A stretch of DNA of 64,000 bases from Verrucomicrobiota bacterium (GTDB lineage Bacteria; Verrucomicrobiota; Verrucomicrobiia; Limisphaerales; UBA11358). The position numbers and the translations under genes are program-made. Below the pieces are notes generated by a model that searched no databases, was not told the DNA's origin, and was given only the letters and a program-made list of their open reading frames with translations. Where the stretch lies: contig JBEKXN010000003.1 of the NCBI GenBank assembly GCA_049511835.1, forward strand, positions 33,248 to 97,247, read 5' to 3'. This document shows, piece by piece, positions 58,565 through 64,000 of the stretch (positions are counted from its first letter, which is position 1; every line of letters begins with the position of its first letter).

Positions 58565-59622
58565 AACCGCGCGATTTTCTCAATTTTCTCAAAACCAAAA
58601 GCGGCAAGCTCGTCATCTTTGGCGCGTTGTTCGCCGCCGGGCTGGTCATTTTTGGCGTCATTCGGAAACAGCATCCGTCCGCAGAGGACGATGTTTCGAC
58701 TACCCCCCTTGGCACTAACGCAGTTAGCAAACCCCAGGTGGTGCAGTCCGTCACGCGACAATTTGCGGTGTTCAACCCGCCGCTGCCGAAATCGCCGCCG
58801 TCGTCATCGGCTATGGCTTCGGCGACCAATGCCGTCAGCCCTTCGCCTCAACCGATGCCGAATGTTCCCCTGCATCAAACCGAATCGCTCACTCCCATCA
58901 GCCTTTTTGCCGACAGCGCGGCGGGCATGGCCCGTCCCAAAAAATTGAGCGCGACCTATGCGCCGTTCGGACGGCTGATCCCCTGTGAGACCGTTATCAC
59001 CGTGGATTCAGCCTCCATGCAGACGCCAATCGTCGGCCTCGTCACCGAGAACATTTATTACGGCAGCAGGTTGGTTATTCCGGCGGGCACGGAGGTTCAC
59101 GGCATGGCGCAGACCGACCGGCAACGTGACCGCATCTCCACCAGCACCAGTTGGAAACTGGTCTGGCAGGACGGCGAGGAATTGCAGCTTAAAGCCGTTG
59201 CCCTGGACCGCGAGTTTGACAACAACACCAATCAAAGCGGCTGGTCCATCACGGACGGCAGCGCCGGGTTGCGCGGTGAAGTCATCAAGTCCGACAACAT
59301 GGCCGACATCAAACTTTTTGCCGCCACTTTCCTTTCGGGCGCAGCCAGCGCCCTGACCGAAAAACAGCAGACCGTTTTCGGCCCCATCAACAGCCCCACG
59401 CTCAACAATGCTCCGTTTGCCGGCGCGCAGGCCGTGCTGCAAACCTACGCGCAGCAGATTTTGGACTCAATTCAAAAGAACGGATTCTACGTTCGCGTGC
59501 CTTCGGGCAAACAGTTTTACCTCTATGTCCTGCAAACCATTGACCGTGCCGACGCCACCTTCGGCGGCGCGGGCTTGGTTGAAGAAACGGACGTGCAACC
59601 AGCAACCCCCGCCAAACGATGA
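58561..59622 (+). CDS. VirB10/TrbI-like core complex protein
   Basis: TM, Pro-rich linker, APFGRLIPCETVITVDS, YVRVPSGKQFYLYV. Confidence 0.8.
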   Translation: MKPRDFLNFLKTKSGKLVIFGALFAAGLVIFGVIRKQHPSAEDDVSTTPLGTNAVSKPQVVQSVTRQFAVFNPPLPKSPPSSSAMASATNAVSPSPQPMPNVPLHQTESLTPISLFADSAAGMARPKKLSATYAPFGRLIPCETVITVDSASMQTPIVGLVTENIYYGSRLVIPAGTEVHGMAQTDRQRDRISTSTSWKLVWQDGEELQLKAVALDREFDNNTNQSGWSITDGSAGLRGEVIKSDNMADIKLFAATFLSGAASALTEKQQTVFGPINSPTLNNAPFAGAQAVLQTYAQQILDSIQKNGFYVRVPSGKQFYLYVLQTIDRADATFGGAGLVEETDVQPATPAKR

Positions 59623-60203
59623 AAATACTCCAATTCATTCCCTTGATGTTCCTGACCGCGTGTTCGACCGCGCCCAAGCTCGCGTTGCGCCCGCAATCGC
59701 CGCCGCCAGCGGTGGATAATTCCACCGTGCGCTATCCCGAAGTCGTTCGTGCTTATCACATCGGACGCTACGCCGATCCAAACGATGACCTGGTGATGCA
59801 CGAGCAGCACGTCGTCTATCGCGTCGAGGAAAACACCCGGTGGGATTATCGCCCGGCCAGCGCCGGAGGCGATGTCTTTTTCCCCGCCGTGCCGTCGCCG
59901 CGCGATGCGGCGTTCAGTCCGTTGCCCGTCAACGACGCGGTGCTGGCCGAAATCAACGCCCAAAAGCTGGCGACCGTTCAAATCATGGTGCAGACCCGAA
60001 CCCTGTCCTCGGCGCTGGCGCAGTTTCAAGCCGCGTTGCGGCAGACCAAAACCAATTTGCAGGAAACGGCCGTGCTGCGTGCAGCGGTGTTCGAGATGAA
60101 AAAGCGGCTGGACACGCTTGAAACCGCGCAGGAGCAAACACCGCAGCCGCTGCCGCCGCCCAATTCCGCGACCAACGAACCTTCGGATTCGTTGAGTCCC
60201 TGA
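59619..60203 (+). CDS. TraV/VirB7-like lipoprotein
   Basis: Lipobox LTAC, RAYHIGRYADP..MHEQHVVYRV. Confidence 0.55.
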   Translation: MKILQFIPLMFLTACSTAPKLALRPQSPPPAVDNSTVRYPEVVRAYHIGRYADPNDDLVMHEQHVVYRVEENTRWDYRPASAGGDVFFPAVPSPRDAAFSPLPVNDAVLAEINAQKLATVQIMVQTRTLSSALAQFQAALRQTKTNLQETAVLRAAVFEMKKRLDTLETAQEQTPQPLPPPNSATNEPSDSLSP

Positions 60204-60271
60204 AGACACTTTGCCGGTGTTAATCGCGCCGACAATTCAACAAACAAAACATAAATAAAAAATAAATCATT

Positions 60272-60700
60272 ATGAGCACAACAAGAACCAGAACACCTCC
60301 GGCCAACGGCGCTGCTGCCGCTGGAGCACCCGCACCCAACGAAACCCGCTATCAGCGAACCAATCCTGAAGCCGAAGCCAAAATTAACGATTGGATTAAA
60401 AACAACGAGAAGAATTGGAATTATATCCAGGCCATGCCGCGTGACCGGCTGGAGCGCACCGTCGTCTTGAACGAAGTCCGGCAGGTGGAGCGGCGACAGT
60501 ATGTTGATACCGGCGTGCTGCAAAACATCAAAAACAATCCCGACCTGAAGGCAGCTTATGACGTTCTCTTGAAGGACGTGCCCGAAGACAAACGCGATGA
60601 AGCCATCGTCAGCATGGAACGCGAAAAATGGCTGAACAAGAAAACTCAATCGCAGCCGCAAACTCAGACCCAAACCAGAAGGGAAGGGGTCAGGGTTTGA
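60272..60700 (+). CDS. Hypothetical protein
   Basis: 142 aa ending QTQTQTRREGVRV. Confidence 0.65.
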   Translation: MSTTRTRTPPANGAAAAGAPAPNETRYQRTNPEAEAKINDWIKNNEKNWNYIQAMPRDRLERTVVLNEVRQVERRQYVDTGVLQNIKNNPDLKAAYDVLLKDVPEDKRDEAIVSMEREKWLNKKTQSQPQTQTQTRREGVRV

Positions 60701-61035
60701 CTGTCTTCCAAGGTCTGGTCTGGCTTCGGTTGCGGAGTCCAGACCGGCCTTATCAGGCAGGATGGATTAGTTTTCTGTGACGAAAAGAGGCATAAACTCA
60801 TGGGCATTAAAGTTGCTTACAATGACTTGTTGGCCGTCTTGCGGCGTCTTTATGCACAATGTTGTTCAGCATGGCGTGCGCCGTGGCAAGTTTCTGGACA
60901 CTTTTATTCAGGGACAAAAGAATTTTCGTTGCCTTCATCTCTGCTTTTCTTCCGCACTCAAATTCATTCTGGAATGCCTTCCACCGGCCTTTCGCCGTCG
61001 AAGCAAACCGCGCGGAGGTTAAGGAGGGCAATGGG

Positions 61036-61359
61036 ATGCAGCGACAGAATCTCACTGGCCGACAAGTGGCCTATTGGCGCTGTCAGAAGAAGTGGACACA
61101 GACAACTCTGGCAGCGCGCCTCCAATGCCTGGGATATGGCATCAGCCGGGAAATGCTCGCCAAAATTGAACTTGGCTTGCGTGGAGTGGAAGATAACTGG
61201 CTCGACGCCTTCCAAAAGGTTTTTAACCTTCCCATCATCAGGTTTTTCCCGCAGGAGATTCAAGATTTCGATGCGAAGCTTGCGTCCAATCCCGCTCCGC
61301 CAAAGAAACCCCGGCGCAAATGCCAACAAAAGTTGACAAACCGGCCCAAGCGGGTTTAG
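61036..61359 (+). CDS. XRE-family HTH protein
   Basis: AGGAGG RBS; WTQTTLAARLQ..LAKIELG. Confidence 0.8.
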   Translation: MQRQNLTGRQVAYWRCQKKWTQTTLAARLQCLGYGISREMLAKIELGLRGVEDNWLDAFQKVFNLPIIRFFPQEIQDFDAKLASNPAPPKKPRRKCQQKLTNRPKRV

Positions 61360-61395
61360 AAAATCAGTTGGAACTTTTCAGTCTCAACCGACGTT

Positions 61396-61662
61396 ATGAA
61401 TATACTGACCCAATACGGAATGATGGCCGAGAAACATTGGCGCGAACATTGTCCGAACCTGGTGCGCGAACTGGAGGCCAGAGGCCAGTTGCAGACGATG
61501 CTGGCCGACGCGGAACGGAAAACGAAGGACGAAATGGCCACGCTCCGGCTCGACCTGATGAAGCAGGGCAAGACCGCCGACCAAGCCCACCGGCAGGCGT
61601 GGGAAATGGTGCGGGAGAGATACATCCTGTTACCACCGGAAACGGCAGCAGAAGCAGCCTGA
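61396..61662 (+). CDS. TnpV-like small protein
   Basis: TQYGMMAEKHWREHCPNL..GQL..AWEMVRERYILLP; typical partner of giant methylase-helicases. Confidence 0.6.
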   Translation: MNILTQYGMMAEKHWREHCPNLVRELEARGQLQTMLADAERKTKDEMATLRLDLMKQGKTADQAHRQAWEMVRERYILLPPETAAEAA

Positions 61663-64000
61663 CCGAAGATTCTCCCAAAAATCTTAACAACTATCGCATC
61701 ACCGACGACGACCGCCTGGGCGCGGGCGGGCCGAAGCAGAAATTTCAGCAGAATCTCCGCACCATTCAGCTTGTTGGCAAACTGGAAAGCGAGGGCCGTC
61801 CGGCCACGCCGGACGAAAAGGCGGCGCTGATTAAATACGTCGGTTGGGGCGCAATGCCCCAGGTCTTCGACGCCAAAAACAAGGAATGGGCGAATGAGCG
61901 AAAGGCGCTCCGGGCAGAATTGGCCGGTGAACAGTATGAGCAAATCCGTTCGACCACGCTCAATGCCCATTACACCGCACCCGTCGTCATCCGCGCCATG
62001 TATCAGGCGGCGCAGCGGTTTGGTTTTCAGGGCGGATCTGTTTTGGAACCCGCCTGCGGCATCGGCCATTTCATCGGCCTCATGCCGGAGGAAATGGCGC
62101 GGCGTTCTTCCATTACCGGCGTTGAAATTGATCCACTGACGGCGCGCATTGCCGAAGCCCTTTATCCCGACGCTGAATTTCGCGCCGAACCGTTTGAAAA
62201 ATGCAAAATTCTGGACGGTTCCTTCGACCTGGCTCTTTCCAATGTCCCCTTTGGCGATTACCGCGTCCACGATCCGCGTTGGAACAAATACAAGTTTCCC
62301 ATTCACGATTATTTTTTCGCCGCCGCGCTCGAAAAAGTGCGACCGGGCGGCCTGCTCATGTTCATCACGTCCCATCACACGATGGACAAACTGGATTCGA
62401 GCTTGCGCGAGGTGCTTTCGGAAAAGTCCGAACTATTGGGCGCAATCCGGTTGCCAAACACTGCTTTCAAAAAGAACGCGGGCACGGAAGTCACTACGGA
62501 CATTGTGATGTTGCGCCGGTTGCGCGTTGGTGAATCGCCATGCGGCGCGGCATGGAAAGCGGCCGTAGGATATATCAATGAGCAGAAGGAGAATTTTTTC
62601 CTCAATGAATACTTTGTCGCCCATCCTGAAATGATGCTTGGTCAGATGCGGCTTGGCCGGGGTTTGTATGCCAATGACGAACCCACGTTGAAACCGGACG
62701 AACGCGACCTTGGTGAAGCACTGGCGCAGGCCGTTGAAAAGCTGCCGCAAAACATTTATGAAGCTCTTAAACAGCCAGTCGCCAGACAAACCACCGATGT
62801 CAATGTTCCCGCGCCGGATTATATCAAGCCTAACGCCTTTTGTGTCCATGTGGATGGCCGGGTCTGTGTCCAGCAGGATGACAAGCTGCGGCCATTGGAT
62901 GACGTTCCAGTGGAGACGCGCTCCCGGATTCGGCGGCTGATTGAAGTCCGCGACGCCGTGCGGCTCTGTTTGCGGACGCAACTGGACGGCAGCGCCGAAG
63001 AGCAGGTCGTCGCGGCGCGGGAGGAGCTTAATTTCGCCTACGACCGTTTCGTTTCCCGCTTCGGCCCCATCAATGCGCGGGTGAACCAGAACGCCTTTGA
63101 CGGCGATCCCGATTTGCCGTTGTTGCTGTCGTTGGAGCGTTACGACGAGGAAAACAGCCGGGCCGAAAAGATGGCGATTTTCCGCGAGCGCACCGTTCAT
63201 CACAATAAAACCGTTGAATCGGTCAACACGCCCAAGGAAGCCCTGCTCGTCACGTTGAATGAAAAAGGCCGGGCGGACTTGAAGCACATGACCGGATTAT
63301 TAGGCAAAACCGTTGAGGAAATTTTGCCCGATTTGAAGGGGATGATCTTTCTTAACCCGCAGACCAAACAATGGGAAACCGAAGACCAATATCTTTCCGG
63401 CAATGTCCGTGAAAAGCTCATTGCCGCCAATGCCGCCAGTGTCGGCGATCCGCGCTTCCATGAAAACGTCGAGGCGTTGAAATCCGTGCAGCCGCAGGAT
63501 TTACCCGCCACCGAAATTGACGTGCGCCTGGGCGCGTCCTGGCTGCCAACGGAAGACGTGAAGAAGTTCGTTCACGATTTGCTAGGTGTTTCCAAAGGCG
63601 TTCGCGTCAGCCACGTTGACACGCTCGGTTCATGGATTGTCCGGGCGGAACGGGAGGTCAAAGACCAGACGGCCAACACGACCGATTGGGGAACCAGCCG
63701 CTACACCGGCATTGAATTGATTCGGGACACGCTCAATCTCAGAACGCCCACGGTTTATGACTACAAGGACAAGAAGCCTGTCCTCAATGAGGCGGCGACG
63801 GAAGCGGCGCGGGAAAAGCAGGAACGCATCAAGGAAAAATTCAAGGACTGGATTTGGGCGGACGACAGCCGCCGCGAACGGCTCGTGCGCCTTTACAATG
63901 ACACTTTCAATCACACACGGCTGCGGACGTTCAACGGCCAGCATTTGACGCTGCCCGGCGCAAGTTCGACCATCCAGTTAGACCCGCACCAAAAAACCGG
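61659..64000 (+). CDS. DarB-like N6-adenine methylase / SNF2 helicase, 5' part (runs off window)
   Basis: NYRITDDD..KYVGWG, VLEPACGIGHF (motif I), SNVPFG (motif IV), IRLPNTAF, EYLSGNV-like QYLSGNV; start codon uncertain (CTG 61659 or GTG 61599). Confidence 0.88.
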   Translation, partial: MTEDSPKNLNNYRITDDDRLGAGGPKQKFQQNLRTIQLVGKLESEGRPATPDEKAALIKYVGWGAMPQVFDAKNKEWANERKALRAELAGEQYEQIRSTTLNAHYTAPVVIRAMYQAAQRFGFQGGSVLEPACGIGHFIGLMPEEMARRSSITGVEIDPLTARIAEALYPDAEFRAEPFEKCKILDGSFDLALSNVPFGDYRVHDPRWNKYKFPIHDYFFAAALEKVRPGGLLMFITSHHTMDKLDSSLREVLSEKSELLGAIRLPNTAFKKNAGTEVTTDIVMLRRLRVGESPCGAAWKAAVGYINEQKENFFLNEYFVAHPEMMLGQMRLGRGLYANDEPTLKPDERDLGEALAQAVEKLPQNIYEALKQPVARQTTDVNVPAPDYIKPNAFCVHVDGRVCVQQDDKLRPLDDVPVETRSRIRRLIEVRDAVRLCLRTQLDGSAEEQVVAAREELNFAYDRFVSRFGPINARVNQNAFDGDPDLPLLLSLERYDEENSRAEKMAIFRERTVHHNKTVESVNTPKEALLVTLNEKGRADLKHMTGLLGKTVEEILPDLKGMIFLNPQTKQWETEDQYLSGNVREKLIAANAASVGDPRFHENVEALKSVQPQDLPATEIDVRLGASWLPTEDVKKFVHDLLGVSKGVRVSHVDTLGSWIVRAEREVKDQTANTTDWGTSRYTGIELIRDTLNLRTPTVYDYKDKKPVLNEAATEAAREKQERIKEKFKDWIWADDSRRERLVRLYNDTFNHTRLRTFNGQHLTLPGASSTIQLDPHQKT

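Larger units (their letters stand above)
19805..64000. mobile_element. Integrative conjugative element (MOBF, T4SS) inserted at tRNA-Ser; runs off right edge
   Basis: att fragment + tyrosine integrase + relaxase + coupling protein + VirB4/B6/B8/B9/B10-like genes + DUF932 + DarB-like gene. Confidence 0.9.

Noticed and set aside
61601-61607. GGGAAAT slippery site fusing TnpV-like and DarB-like ORFs
   Set aside because: The heptamer is not in the TnpV reading frame needed for a -1 shift
1-64000. CRISPR array or cas genes
   Set aside because: No regularly spaced repeat-spacer series; the 24-bp-period heptamers are too short and have no cas neighbours

Overview
The window has two parts. Bases 1-19.8 kb are host chromosome, probably of a Verrucomicrobiota (Pedosphaera/Limisphaerales-like) bacterium, inferred from the protein families. 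This part holds the tail of a B12-radical-SAM/type II fatty-acid-or-polyketide cluster, a PEP-CTERM gene, rpsO-pnp, a small defence islet (broken HD-domain gene plus a BglII/BstYI-family R-M pair), a polyprenyl synthase, an ECF sigma/anti-sigma pair, parA, gcvT-gcvH-lipA, a nitroreductase and a GIY-YIG nuclease. From the displaced 3' end of a tRNA-Ser at about 19805 to beyond the right edge lies an integrative conjugative element (ICE). It carries a tyrosine integrase, MOBF relaxase, traK/L/M(stb)-like operon, coupling protein, a VirB2-B10-like mating-pair operon with no visible VirB11 or VirB1, a DarB-like methylase/helicase and a cargo block with a signal-peptide-bearing TcB-TcC/Rhs toxin. 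The most intriguing observations are: a candidate histone-fold protein divergently paired with an H-NS-like protein on the ICE; a large hairpin upstream of DUF932 with TATAAT in its bubble (ssDNA-promoter-like); a PAPS-reductase-like enzyme coupled to virB4; a stand-alone ClpB NBD2 ATPase; a 23-bp palindrome shared by the relaxase and pilus promoters; 24-bp-period repeat triads; and a 31-bp motif duplicated 24.7 kb apart. All homology calls come from motif recognition by eye; no searches were run.
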